Shown here: piece by piece, positions 1 through 10,406 of the stretch
How the letters are laid out: each line of letters begins with the position of its first letter
How positions within the stretch are numbered: the stretch's first letter is position 1
Virus record (IMG/VR): IMGVR_UViG_3300032224_001028
Location: 1 to 63,816 of that record
Direction: 5' to 3' (one strand)
Origin: a virus
Lineage: Duplodnaviria; Caudoviricetes
Length of the DNA: 63,816 nt
Program-made: the position numbers and the translations under genes
The notes under the pieces: model-generated
Told to the model about the DNA's origin: nothing
What the model saw: only the letters and a program-made list of their open reading frames with translations
Database searches by the model: none

Positions 1-123
1 GCGCATGTTGCTCGAAAGGGCAGTGGATCCATCCCAAGCCGGACTGCCTACCGACGTAGAGGTGCGATCCGCCAAGTTGCTTGTCGAAAAGCTGGCACGT
101 AGGGCCATGACTTCGGGCGACGA
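1..123. repeat. Terminal direct repeat (assembly overlap), copy 1; genome is circular or circularly permuted
   Basis: 1-123 is identical to 63694-63816 and lies inside a continuous reading frame. Confidence 0.97.
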
Positions 124-2857
124 GAAGGCTCAACGAGAGGCTTCTATCTTGGCCTACGCCTACCGGCAGACCGGATCAGAGGTCGCAAGATCACTCAGGG
201 CCAGAATCGACGACTACAAGACACCGGCAGAACGACACAAAGCATTCCTGACAGACTTAATCTTTAACCCGACGAAAGAAATCGAGCGAAAGATTAAGTA
301 TGCCATCTCTCCTGCCGAGAAAAGCCGGAGGATCCAACAGCTTGAGGCCCAACTCCTAAACGAATCGAATCCGACTACGGAAGAAGAGCTAAAGAGGGTT
401 CGGAAAGAACCAGATTCGAACGACATTCTCCAAAGTGAAACTGCCAAAAGGCTAGCCAAGATTGAAACTGCCCTTGGTAAATGGGGGGTTACGCTCGCCG
501 ATCTCTTCTCCGGTGAAGTTCAAGTTTCACTTAAGACATCCAGCATGATTGACAACACCTTGAAGGGACTTAACCCAAGGGAAGTTAAGGCAATCCGGAT
601 GATTCAACAGAGGAACGACGTTTCGAAGATCAAGCGGATCACAGGACTCAAGGCCGAGGAAATTGAAGCACTCCGGAAGTCCGTAGCGGAAGAGATTCGT
701 CAAAAACTCATGCCTAAGACTCGTCGTGGAGCAACGGTCGAGGACTTGGCAACTGAAGAGCTAGGCGCAAGTGCATCCTACGGGAATCAGAACGTTTCCG
801 AGGCCGATGCCTTGCGTCAAGCAGACCGGATCCTTTCGGCCATGGGACTAGATGATGCTTACACAAAACCCAATATGTTCAGCCGACGCAGGGCCAAGGT
901 CGCTCCCGCAGGGCCGAACTTCCCACGTCCTGCACTTACGGAAGATGGATATACCTTTGACATCAACGACGCAATTCAAGTCAAGCGTGTTGCTAGGGCA
1001 ATCCAGACCGTAGAAGCATCTATGGACGATATTATGGTTGAAATGTGGGTTAATTCGATCCTTTCCGGAGCCAAGACATTCATCGCCAACTTATCTTCAG
1101 GGCCGTTTTCCGCTTACGAAATGACAGTTGGAAGAGGCATTCAGTCTATGGTGAATCTAGCTTTCAATGATCCTAAATCTGCTTCTTTCGGGGAGTTTAA
1201 GCCCTTAGTGGCGGGTATTTCACCGGCAATCAGTAGGGCATGGTCGAATGCGGTTGCCACTTGGTACACAGAATCAGGCTTCTTTGAAGAGGATATTTTG
1301 GATCAACCAATCAAACTCTTAGGAGAATTGGACAGGCAGGGTGGCGTAACCACAAGGGGAGTGAGTATTTCCGGAGCAAAAGGCAGATTCATACGGATCC
1401 CAAGCCGGCTTCTTTTGGCTACTGACGACTTTGTAAAGACCATGACGGCACAAATGGAGGTCGGCGCACAAGCCTACCGGATGGGTAAGGCAAACGGGCT
1501 TACCGGTCAGGACATGGAAAGGTTTATTAGGGAGCAAGTAAATACGGCAGGGAGCGATGCTTGGATTAAGGCGTCAGAGAAAGCGTATGCCTACACCTTC
1601 CAAACCGAACTTCCTACAATCGGAGAATCTAAGAACGTTATGGATGTAGTCGGGGCTTCTGCCCGTGCGCTCAACAAGTTCGTCAAGGCCCGTCCGGAAT
1701 CGGAAGTTGGTCGCATGCTCCTCCGGCCCTTCCAGCTAATTTTCCCATTCATTCGGACACCATTTAACCTTTTGAAAGAGGGAGTTAAGAAAAGCCCATT
1801 AGGACTTCCGGATGCCTTAATTTCCATCGGGAGAGGCATAAGGTTTGATAATGGCGGAGTAAGTTTATCTTCGGACATGAAGCCTGAAATCATTGAGAAC
1901 ATCTCAAATCAACTGGTTTCATCCATGGTGACTGCCGTGATATGGGGAATGGTCGAGGGAGACGATGACGACGATGAAAAATACATCGTCATCTCAGGAT
2001 CTAAACCATCCAAGCTAACCGGACAAGGGGAGAGGGATCTAGCCAACAGGACTCTTCCAGCTATGACAATTAGAGTCGGATCCAAGCAGTTTAGCTATGC
2101 TCGCATTGATCCGCTTGCCACTGCTCTAGGTACTACGGTGGATATGATTCGGGCAATCAAGAAGGGCCAGCAAGGACTCCCGCCGGCAGAGGTATTGGCG
2201 ATGTTCCAGTCCTACTTAATGCAAGCGATTGAAAGCAAAACATACATGAGGGGCATGGATGATCTTGGAAATCTTCTCAACGGACAGAACAACGTTGGGA
2301 CATGGACAGCAGGACAACTTGGTACAGTACTTGTTCCGAATCTTATTCGCCAACCTCTCAGAGAGATGGATCCTTACGTGCGGGATACTAAGACCGGAAA
2401 AGATACCCTAAAGGGGATGGCTTACTCCGTTCTCCCTGCTCCAATGCTTGCGCCTCCTCCTTTAAGGACGCCTGAGGGGGTCGAGATTAAGAAGCGTGGG
2501 AACGCACTTATCAGGGCAATTAGCCCAGTCTCCGTCGAGGATGCGCCCGAAGCGTCGAAACTTGACCAGTTCATGATGAAGTACAACCGCAAGAATCCTT
2601 CCGATCCGTTCTATGTATCTAGGCCGACTGCCTCATACAAGACACTGACAGGCAACGACAAGAAAATGACTCCCGAACAGTATAGCAGATTTACCAAGTC
2701 TGCCGGAGAAAAGACCAAGATGGCCGTAGCCCCATTGTTAGCCATGGGAAGAACCCCTGAGGCAAAAGACAAGATTTCTAGCGCAATCCAGAAGGCTAGA
2801 ACCGATGCAAAAAGGGAGCAGTTCGGGATCCCGTTGAAAGATTTATTAAAGGAATAG
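1..2857 (+). CDS. C-terminal part of giant polyvalent/internal virion protein (continues from 48791 across the junction); LPD38-like C-terminal region
   Basis: Same frame as 48791 after removing the 123-bp overlap. FPFIRTPFNLLKEG and FSYARIDP motifs resemble C-termini of large phage ejection proteins. Confidence 0.85.
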   Translation, partial: RMLLERAVDPSQAGLPTDVEVRSAKLLVEKLARRAMTSGDEKAQREASILAYAYRQTGSEVARSLRARIDDYKTPAERHKAFLTDLIFNPTKEIERKIKYAISPAEKSRRIQQLEAQLLNESNPTTEEELKRVRKEPDSNDILQSETAKRLAKIETALGKWGVTLADLFSGEVQVSLKTSSMIDNTLKGLNPREVKAIRMIQQRNDVSKIKRITGLKAEEIEALRKSVAEEIRQKLMPKTRRGATVEDLATEELGASASYGNQNVSEADALRQADRILSAMGLDDAYTKPNMFSRRRAKVAPAGPNFPRPALTEDGYTFDINDAIQVKRVARAIQTVEASMDDIMVEMWVNSILSGAKTFIANLSSGPFSAYEMTVGRGIQSMVNLAFNDPKSASFGEFKPLVAGISPAISRAWSNAVATWYTESGFFEEDILDQPIKLLGELDRQGGVTTRGVSISGAKGRFIRIPSRLLLATDDFVKTMTAQMEVGAQAYRMGKANGLTGQDMERFIREQVNTAGSDAWIKASEKAYAYTFQTELPTIGESKNVMDVVGASARALNKFVKARPESEVGRMLLRPFQLIFPFIRTPFNLLKEGVKKSPLGLPDALISIGRGIRFDNGGVSLSSDMKPEIIENISNQLVSSMVTAVIWGMVEGDDDDDEKYIVISGSKPSKLTGQGERDLANRTLPAMTIRVGSKQFSYARIDPLATALGTTVDMIRAIKKGQQGLPPAEVLAMFQSYLMQAIESKTYMRGMDDLGNLLNGQNNVGTWTAGQLGTVLVPNLIRQPLREMDPYVRDTKTGKDTLKGMAYSVLPAPMLAPPPLRTPEGVEIKKRGNALIRAISPVSVEDAPEASKLDQFMMKYNRKNPSDPFYVSRPTASYKTLTGNDKKMTPEQYSRFTKSAGEKTKMAVAPLLAMGRTPEAKDKISSAIQKARTDAKREQFGIPLKDLLKE

Positions 2858-2898
2858 CTTGTCGGCGAAACAACAACAAGGTATAGGAGTAGATCTTT

Positions 2899-5001
2899 AT
2901 GGCAGAACAAATCGAACAATTCTTAGATAAAACGGACGAATCAATCAAAGTCGCTGGGGTAGATCCGGCTTCACCACTCTCAGGTCAGGCCCAAAAAGTG
3001 CCTTTCCCAACTGCTTATTCCTTGTCGGCAGAGCAGGAAGATCGTCTTGTAAATCATATCTTAACCCGCCTAACTGCTCTTGAGCAGGAGAGTGGTCGCA
3101 ACATCGTCCGAGGAACCGGATGGTATCGAACAAGTGAAGTAGCGAGAGGATCCGCCTCATTTATGGGACGTAGGGAACTATTCGAACTTATGTACCACAA
3201 TCAGGTTGATTGGCGTCCAGCTTCGCTAGGAGGGATCTTTGAGGACAGTAACTTGACCGTACCGATCACCCGCCGAATTGCCCGTCAGATGGTAGCTAGG
3301 GCAAACAACTACTTTTTTAGTACAGATCCGTGGTTCTCGGCCTATCCGCAGGGGGCAAGGGACGCTCAGAAAGCAGATGCAGTTGAGCATTATGTCCGTT
3401 GGAAGCTAGATAAGTCAGACACGGCAACGAAACTACAAATGGCCGTAGAATTAGCCTTTATGCGTGGTGAATGTATCGTAAAGACCACACACGCATCTAA
3501 AGAGCAGATTTATAGGACTTTGGCTAAGGTATTGGTAGATCCAATCGGTAAGGATATTTTGGCACAGGACGGTGATTACATCCTTGAGACGGATGCTTTT
3601 GATACAAAGACAATCTCAGATGAAGCCGGCAATCCGGTGGGCATGCAGACTGTATTACGTAGGGATGGCGTTACAGAAATGCCGGCAACACCGATCTATG
3701 AGGAAAAGATTATAACCCGTAAGGCTACTATTATGCGTGGGCCTGATGTGGGACTTGTTTATTTCAAGGACTTTATATGCCCACTCAATGCACCATCAGT
3801 GGATGAGGCAGACATTGTGGCGCATTTTTATGATGTTCCGGTGGCAACTTTATCAGATCTATACCAACGCAAGAACCTATTGGACATGTCCACAGAGCAA
3901 AGCGTACTAGCGACAAAGAGTGCTATTGAGCTTATCAGGTCGCTTGCCGGTGAATCCGGAACACCTAAAGCCGGTATTAGTCAGGCTAAGACTGAGCGTG
4001 GAGAGACAACCCAAGCCCCGAACACTGAGAATCCTCTAGTTGAGGTTGCCGAAGTTTATATGACTTATGACGCAGACGGAGACGGGATCCTTGAGGAAAT
4101 CATGGTTCTAGTTGATGTTAAGAATCGTCGAGCCTTGTTCTATGACTATACCGCAAACCTTACCCCTGATGGTAGGCGTCCATTTACAATTATCCGGTGC
4201 AATCCGGTGGACGGTCGTTGGTATGGGATCGGGTCAGTTGAAATGTTCGAGCCAAGCCAAAACTTTGTAGATTTGACGATCAACCGGATCTCTTTTGCAC
4301 AGGGAGGATCCGGACGTGTTACGTTCTGGCAACCAGACGCTACGCTTGAGGGCAGATCCAATCCGCACCTTGTTCTGAACAACGGTGGTACTTACACACT
4401 GGCACACGGCAAAACCCCTAAAGATGCCCTTGAGTACGTGGCCCTTCCAGAAGTTAAGAGCGAATACCTATTTAAGATGGTTGAGTTCTTTCTTCAGGTT
4501 GTGCAACTCGAATCAGGGGTAGTAAATGCCGGAGATCAGCAGTTTGCAGGACTTGAGCCGGCCAAGCTAGCCACTGGCATACGTAACATTGAGAAATCAG
4601 GTCAGGAAATGTTTGCCTTGTACCTATCCCACTTAGAGCAAGGGGTTCAGCTAGTCTTAGACCGCTTAGTTAAACTGATTTTCAGAAATATGGACTCCAA
4701 AGAGGTGTTCACTTATCTGGAAGGAGACAAGGCTCAAATCGGATCCATTACGCCGGAGGAGGTTGCTAACCTTGATATGGATGTTCGACTGCTTCTGACA
4801 CGGTATCGTGGCGAGCAGATCCTACAATCTTCCACCCAAGGGGCTAACTTAGTCCAGCAATTCTACGCATATCCGCCGGTGATTCAGCAGAAGGTAGCAA
4901 GCCTTTACATTCAAATGCTAAAAGCTCTTCAAATTGCTGATGCGGAGACGATCATAACCCCCTTAGATCCTTCTCAAGTGCAACAGAATCCAAATGGATA
5001 A
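2899..5001 (+). CDS. Portal protein
   Basis: 700 aa; DGDGILEE and RPF...PVDGRWYGIG motifs typical of podovirus portals; start of head module. Confidence 0.8.
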   Translation: MAEQIEQFLDKTDESIKVAGVDPASPLSGQAQKVPFPTAYSLSAEQEDRLVNHILTRLTALEQESGRNIVRGTGWYRTSEVARGSASFMGRRELFELMYHNQVDWRPASLGGIFEDSNLTVPITRRIARQMVARANNYFFSTDPWFSAYPQGARDAQKADAVEHYVRWKLDKSDTATKLQMAVELAFMRGECIVKTTHASKEQIYRTLAKVLVDPIGKDILAQDGDYILETDAFDTKTISDEAGNPVGMQTVLRRDGVTEMPATPIYEEKIITRKATIMRGPDVGLVYFKDFICPLNAPSVDEADIVAHFYDVPVATLSDLYQRKNLLDMSTEQSVLATKSAIELIRSLAGESGTPKAGISQAKTERGETTQAPNTENPLVEVAEVYMTYDADGDGILEEIMVLVDVKNRRALFYDYTANLTPDGRRPFTIIRCNPVDGRWYGIGSVEMFEPSQNFVDLTINRISFAQGGSGRVTFWQPDATLEGRSNPHLVLNNGGTYTLAHGKTPKDALEYVALPEVKSEYLFKMVEFFLQVVQLESGVVNAGDQQFAGLEPAKLATGIRNIEKSGQEMFALYLSHLEQGVQLVLDRLVKLIFRNMDSKEVFTYLEGDKAQIGSITPEEVANLDMDVRLLLTRYRGEQILQSSTQGANLVQQFYAYPPVIQQKVASLYIQMLKALQIADAETIITPLDPSQVQQNPNG

Positions 5002-5275
5002 AAACGAGGCACGGGATCGGTCGATAACAGTAGCGCAGGAAACGATAGCTGACATAAAGGCACTTCGGCAGAATCAGTCGTTTCAGCGATACTGGGTTCG
5101 GCGTCTAGGCGGGATTACGGCAGGAATTGCACAAAGCATCTTAGACGAAGAGAAAGATCAGAATGCGGTTATGATCAACCTAGAAAAGTACCGGCAACTT
5201 AAAGCATTGTCTCGCATGATGGATGAGGACGAGGCATCTGCGATGAGAGTACTTCAATCCGAGGTAAAGAAATGA
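4994..5275 (+). CDS. Small helical protein downstream of portal
   Basis: 93-aa ORF coupled to portal. Confidence 0.6.
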   Translation: MDKNEARDRSITVAQETIADIKALRQNQSFQRYWVRRLGGITAGIAQSILDEEKDQNAVMINLEKYRQLKALSRMMDEDEASAMRVLQSEVKK

Positions 5276-5811
5276 GCGATGACATTCGAAGAATCCAAGA
5301 TGATATTCAACGGCAACGACAGGAATTAGAGAAATCCGCAAGCTTATTAAAGAATACCCAGCCTAGAGTGTTCTCTGGAACAGATGGAACTTTCAAGTCA
5401 CCAAATAAGAGATTTGCATTTTCAAGAACAGACAGTGCTTTATTGCCACCTTTTTCAATCGTGACTAGAGGTGCTGGCATAGGAGTTAGTGCAGGAACTA
5501 TAAATGGAATCCTTCCAACTAATCTCTTCTCTTTTGGTACTAGGAACAAAAACTGCACGATTATCTGCGAGGGAAACTCTCAGAACGGCGTCATAAAATC
5601 AGCAACACTAATTACTGGGCCAGCAGACGGGAAACCACAGGAATACATGATGGGAGCAGTGCCGGCCAAAATATATGCAACACTTGTTAGAATAGAAAAC
5701 GGAGAACCATACAGAACAGTATCGGGAAGCGTAGAAGCCTACCCTATCTTCGTTGGCGCAATGCTTAAGTATCCGCCTGAATACGCATTTAGTTGGGCTT
5801 ATTCGAGTTAG
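5272..5811 (+). CDS. Hypothetical protein, likely virion-associated
   Basis: 179 aa, ATGA-coupled, beta-rich. Confidence 0.55.
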   Translation: MSDDIRRIQDDIQRQRQELEKSASLLKNTQPRVFSGTDGTFKSPNKRFAFSRTDSALLPPFSIVTRGAGIGVSAGTINGILPTNLFSFGTRNKNCTIICEGNSQNGVIKSATLITGPADGKPQEYMMGAVPAKIYATLVRIENGEPYRTVSGSVEAYPIFVGAMLKYPPEYAFSWAYSS

Positions 5812-5813
5812 TT

Positions 5814-7799
5814 ATGGGTGTCTTAGTTCAGTGGCCGATTAGTTGGAGACTGGCAACAGGAGAGAGTGGCATGGTTCGGGACAATGGAGTAACTGCTGAC
5901 AGGACTCAGAATGACCATGGTGGTGGTAATGCGAACCTTAATGCTGGCTATGGAGCTACTGCGAATGCGGATAACGTACAAGACGTAGCTAACTTAAAAG
6001 GTATAAATCTAACCAGCAATGCAAAAACAACGAGTAGCATTGCTGGGCAAATGCACGCACATTATCATTATGAGTATTGGTTTACAACCTATGACTTGAA
6101 TTATAATGGTCAGACTCAGGGGAATGGGAACACCAACAGAGTAGGTAAAACTGTAATAGGTCAAGGGATAACTGACACATATGATGCGGTGAGTGGGTAT
6201 GGAGCAAACAATCAATCGCCCAACGATGCCTTAAAGGGAGGAGGATATGGAGTTACAATTAAGTATGGAGGAGGAAGTACTGTCGTTTATAAAAAATATG
6301 CTTGGCCGGAAGAAGGATATAGTTCTACTTTTTTTATCAGTCAATCTGTTAGCCAAACAACCAGTCAAGGTGGTTGTCAGGGGGCATGCCTACCTCACAC
6401 TTGGGGGCCGAGTCATGGTCAAGCTACTAACTCACATACAGATGGCGGTTCAGGATCAGCAAGGGGAATCATAGCCCAAGGGTATTACAGTGGCCCACCA
6501 TTTTATTCAACGACGACATCGCAGTGGGGGTATGTCGTTGTAAATAAAAAACTTTCTTCATCAACGTCAAGAATGAACACAGTTATCATCGCTCCGGCGA
6601 TAAGTGCCTGTAAAACACAACCGGAAAACTTTGTATGGGTAGCGGGTGGATTACACGGATTTGAACCAATCGCTTACGGTGTTGCCGAGGTATTTATGCG
6701 TGAAGAATTTTACGCAGGTCAAGTCGGGCGAGTCAATTTCGGAGAGATCGGGAAAAGCTCATGGGAGACTATTGATAATCTTAGCATTATATCGAGCAGT
6801 TACGGAGTTTCAAATATCCCCACAAAGCAAAGACTGGTCAAAACAGTTAATGGTATAGAGTCAATAACGAATGTCGAGACTCCTACGGTTCAAGCGACTG
6901 GTTATTATATGGAATATAAGACCGTTCCAAAAAATACAAAACAAATAAGCTATAACCAGAGATATGATGACGAAGATAAGAATCCGTTTCCAAACATAAC
7001 AACAGTGCAAACCACTGTTGAGCAGGGTAGTTATCTTTGGACTGGAAAGTACACTGATGGAACTGCACAAGATATAAGCGTTTCTGGAACGGGACTTACT
7101 ACCACAAAGGACTACACTAATTACTTTTACACAACTGCAAAACTGTACCCTTTTGGGCCTGATTATTTCGGAGGAACGACGAATGGTAGAGCCATAAATA
7201 GTAACAAATATGGAACCACTAACCGCAACTACGGAACCACTAGATCATATATTAAGAAACAAGGCGTTTGGACGGCGAGCAAGGCAGTTGGTTATCTTTC
7301 TAGGGAATATGAAACAAACAAAACTGGCTATTTTTATACTAATCCCGATGATAGATACTTTAATGCCAAAGGCGTAAATACTGACTTTGATCGCAATACT
7401 TACCGATGCTACGATGCAATGTGCATAGACTTTCTGCGGTTTGCCAATGCTCAGGTCTTTCAGACGGCAACAACCATGGGGAATAACAAAGTATCAGTTA
7501 ATCGAAAATCACCTAGAGACGGAAGAAGATGGACTAAAAGTATAAATCAGTTGAGTGAACAAGACAATTTCAAGCTAACGGATACAGAGCAAATAGGTAT
7601 CAACCCTCATACTGGGTATCCAATAAATACGGTGTCACCGTATGGCAATACTGCAACTTACTATTCACAAGGAGTATCAGATGCAAAAGGAATAGCTAAA
7701 CATTCAAGAATTAAAGTTGGCCTAGATCGTTACAATTACCCGCATTTCCCCGCCCCCGCCCTCCAACGACCATACAATCAAAAACAAAATAGGCTTTAG
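5814..7799 (+). CDS. G/T/Y/N-rich putative virion surface protein
   Basis: ~661 aa from ATG 5814; composition typical of receptor-binding or decoration proteins; visibly AT-richer. Confidence 0.5.
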   Translation: MGVLVQWPISWRLATGESGMVRDNGVTADRTQNDHGGGNANLNAGYGATANADNVQDVANLKGINLTSNAKTTSSIAGQMHAHYHYEYWFTTYDLNYNGQTQGNGNTNRVGKTVIGQGITDTYDAVSGYGANNQSPNDALKGGGYGVTIKYGGGSTVVYKKYAWPEEGYSSTFFISQSVSQTTSQGGCQGACLPHTWGPSHGQATNSHTDGGSGSARGIIAQGYYSGPPFYSTTTSQWGYVVVNKKLSSSTSRMNTVIIAPAISACKTQPENFVWVAGGLHGFEPIAYGVAEVFMREEFYAGQVGRVNFGEIGKSSWETIDNLSIISSSYGVSNIPTKQRLVKTVNGIESITNVETPTVQATGYYMEYKTVPKNTKQISYNQRYDDEDKNPFPNITTVQTTVEQGSYLWTGKYTDGTAQDISVSGTGLTTTKDYTNYFYTTAKLYPFGPDYFGGTTNGRAINSNKYGTTNRNYGTTRSYIKKQGVWTASKAVGYLSREYETNKTGYFYTNPDDRYFNAKGVNTDFDRNTYRCYDAMCIDFLRFANAQVFQTATTMGNNKVSVNRKSPRDGRRWTKSINQLSEQDNFKLTDTEQIGINPHTGYPINTVSPYGNTATYYSQGVSDAKGIAKHSRIKVGLDRYNYPHFPAPALQRPYNQKQNRL

Positions 7800-7807
7800 G
7801 CCAAGCA

Positions 7808-8863
7808 GTGAGAACTTGCATAATTCTTCCGTGTACAGAGTTATACGCTTATGCAATAGAGGAGTGTGTTCGAGCAATATATATAGCCCTTAAAGGTAAG
7901 CATGCAGATTTGTATCTTTGCACAGATAAAACGGGTTCAGTAATATCGAAAATATCAACTATACCTAAAGTAGATAATGTAAAAATAACAGAGATCGCTA
8001 TCGACGTATCGGATTACGGAAACAAGGCATACAATCAAAAGGCACAAGTCATAATTGCGAGATTACTTGGGGCTGGGCTGGATATAGCAAAAGATAGGGA
8101 CTATGACTTTTGCTGGATAGTTGAATCGGACGTAATTGTTCACCCCGATGCGCTTGATTGTCTGATTTGGGCGCAAAACTATCCTTCATCCCCTAAATAC
8201 GATGTTACTGTCGCAACTTACTATAATGGTTCTTTCTTATGCGGTAGGGGTACTCCTTATAACCATATTTCCGAGGATTATCTTCCCAGCGAGAAGATTG
8301 GGGGTGTTGAATTATCCAAAAAAATTAAGATGTTGGCTAAAAAACTTAATGCCTATGCCTCAAAAAGAAAGAATCCGCCCAAGGACATGATTAAGGAGAT
8401 GGATGACTTGCAGAAAAAACTAAAGGAATCCCCGCCAAAAGCGAATGTCTTTGCCTTAAATGCTAAGAAATGGAGGAAACGTGGCTGGCTGGATCAGGCT
8501 TACGCCGGATCTGCCGTTCAGGGTGCAGTTCTGCCTACGGACTGGTGTGGTAATGGTTGTACTCTACTTTCTAGGAAGGCACTGATGCTAAGTAACTTTA
8601 TTGGGTATGCCGGCCATGGTACTCAAGATCTATTTCTTTGCTGGAACAAATGGTATCCGGCAGGAATTAAGATTGGATTAGTTGTAGGTGTCCCAGCCTA
8701 CCACGTTAAAAAAGATCCGCAGGGCAACTTATTTGCTTGGGAACCGTATTTTGTGCCTGATTGCGAAGAAACTTCCGGACATCTAAGGGTACGTCAGATC
8801 CCATTCATTAAGTATAACTCAATCCCTCAAGCGAATGAGCCTGTGCCTAAAGACGCCACTTAA
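7808..8863 (+). CDS. Glycosyltransferase, GT-A/GT2-like
   Basis: N-terminal CIILP strand, WIVESDV (DxD-like), CGNGCTLLSR and QDLFLC motifs. Confidence 0.65.
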   Translation: MRTCIILPCTELYAYAIEECVRAIYIALKGKHADLYLCTDKTGSVISKISTIPKVDNVKITEIAIDVSDYGNKAYNQKAQVIIARLLGAGLDIAKDRDYDFCWIVESDVIVHPDALDCLIWAQNYPSSPKYDVTVATYYNGSFLCGRGTPYNHISEDYLPSEKIGGVELSKKIKMLAKKLNAYASKRKNPPKDMIKEMDDLQKKLKESPPKANVFALNAKKWRKRGWLDQAYAGSAVQGAVLPTDWCGNGCTLLSRKALMLSNFIGYAGHGTQDLFLCWNKWYPAGIKIGLVVGVPAYHVKKDPQGNLFAWEPYFVPDCEETSGHLRVRQIPFIKYNSIPQANEPVPKDAT

Positions 8864-9272
8864 GGTTATCGAGGACGGCAGGGGCCGGCTCATGGAAATG
8901 CTCAGAAATGATGAACATGGATTCACGGGTTTTGGGCAAGTGTACATGACTACTTGCAATCCTAATATAGTGAAGGCGTGGCACTTCCATAAGAAGCAGA
9001 CGGATCAGTTTGTATGCGTGAGTGGGACTCTAAAGGTAGGTATCTACGACGAGAAAACAGGGATAACAGAGACTTACTACATAGGTGAAAATAGCCCATA
9101 CAGGATTACCATACCTCCTAATCTATGGCATGGATTTATGGCATGCGGGACGAAGGAAGCGGTCGTTATCAATACCGTGGATCAACCATTCAACTACGCC
9201 AATCCGGACGAGTACCGGAGGCCATTTGACGATAAAAACATACCTTACGAGTGGGCGATAAAATCTTTTTAA
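8835..9272 (+). CDS. rmlC: dTDP-4-dehydrorhamnose 3,5-epimerase-like cupin
   Basis: EDGRG, VKAWHFHKKQTD and IPPNLWHGF motifs. Confidence 0.85.
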   Translation: MSLCLKTPLKVIEDGRGRLMEMLRNDEHGFTGFGQVYMTTCNPNIVKAWHFHKKQTDQFVCVSGTLKVGIYDEKTGITETYYIGENSPYRITIPPNLWHGFMACGTKEAVVINTVDQPFNYANPDEYRRPFDDKNIPYEWAIKSF

Positions 9273-9315
9273 GATAGGTGTTGACAGGGCGACAACAACC
9301 TACATACTTCGATTT

Positions 9316-10329
9316 ATGGACGAAACGGAAGTGACTCCGGCGCAAGCCGAGCAACCTAACGCCACTACAACTAATTCAGGGGAGGCTCCAAAAGAGAATC
9401 CTGCTGAATCGTCGTTAAGCGTGGATGCACTTGATGCGGTTGGCTACGAAAAACTCCTAAAAGATTTAGACGTCTCCAAGGATGAAAAACCACCCGCCGA
9501 GGTAAAGGCTGAAGCAGAACAAGTAAAAGAAGAGACGGTTCCGGAGGAACCCCAAAAAGAAGAATCCACCAAGGTAGATGAGCCTGAAGATACCGAGGAT
9601 CCCAATAAGCTACCCGAACGGGTGCGAGTCGGAAACTGGTCAGAGGTAGAACGAAAGGCGATTGCTCTCAGGGCGAGAAACCCTGACATGTCACTTGACG
9701 AGGCACTTGCCAAAATCAAGGGAAATGAGCCTGAAAAGGCTGAAGAAACCAAGCAATCAGTACCTTCACTCGATGAAGTGGAGGCTCAGGTTGCAAAGGT
9801 TAAAGCAGATCGCAAACAGGCACTTAAGGACTTGGACTTCGAAAAATTGGGAGATCTGGACGAAACTCTTGACGGACTTAGGGAGAAACAGGCGCAACTT
9901 CGAGAATCCGCCAAGGAAGCAGAAGTTGAAGCCCGTGCAAGCTACCAAAGGTCAGTCGAGGATTCGAAGCGGAAAGCAGTCTCTTTTTATCCTGACACTA
10001 CCAACAAAGAATCTCAGTTGGTGCGCCGGATGGTGGAAATTGATAATGCTCTTAAAGAGCAGGATAACCCACTTTACTATTCCGCCGATAAGCCTTTCAA
10101 GATCGCTCAAATGGCCGGAAACGACTTGGGAATCGCTCCCAAGGATCCTAACCGGAAGGTTGAGAAGGTCGTCACCCCAGCCCCATCAAGTGCATCCCGC
10201 AAAGCGATACAAACCCCAATAGCGAGTGGAAACGCTCGCTCAAACGGGAGCAGTATCAAATCGTTGGAAACTGTACTCGACGGGATTAGTGACGAAGAAG
10301 CCTTCCGGTCTTTGATCGGCAAGATCTAA
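9316..10329 (+). CDS. Capsid scaffolding protein (putative)
   Basis: Acidic coiled-coil, 337 aa, directly upstream of the MCP; TTGACA promoter-like site at 9281. Confidence 0.65.
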   Translation: MDETEVTPAQAEQPNATTTNSGEAPKENPAESSLSVDALDAVGYEKLLKDLDVSKDEKPPAEVKAEAEQVKEETVPEEPQKEESTKVDEPEDTEDPNKLPERVRVGNWSEVERKAIALRARNPDMSLDEALAKIKGNEPEKAEETKQSVPSLDEVEAQVAKVKADRKQALKDLDFEKLGDLDETLDGLREKQAQLRESAKEAEVEARASYQRSVEDSKRKAVSFYPDTTNKESQLVRRMVEIDNALKEQDNPLYYSADKPFKIAQMAGNDLGIAPKDPNRKVEKVVTPAPSSASRKAIQTPIASGNARSNGSSIKSLETVLDGISDEEAFRSLIGKI

Positions 10330-10406
10330 GTTACTAATTCGGGGCGATAGCCCCAGTCAGCAGTCTCCGGCTACTGCTCCCTCCAAAAGAATAGGAGGAT
10401 ACGACT

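Noticed and set aside
5-2857. Independent 950-aa gene
   Set aside because: It is the in-frame continuation of the ORF starting at 48791
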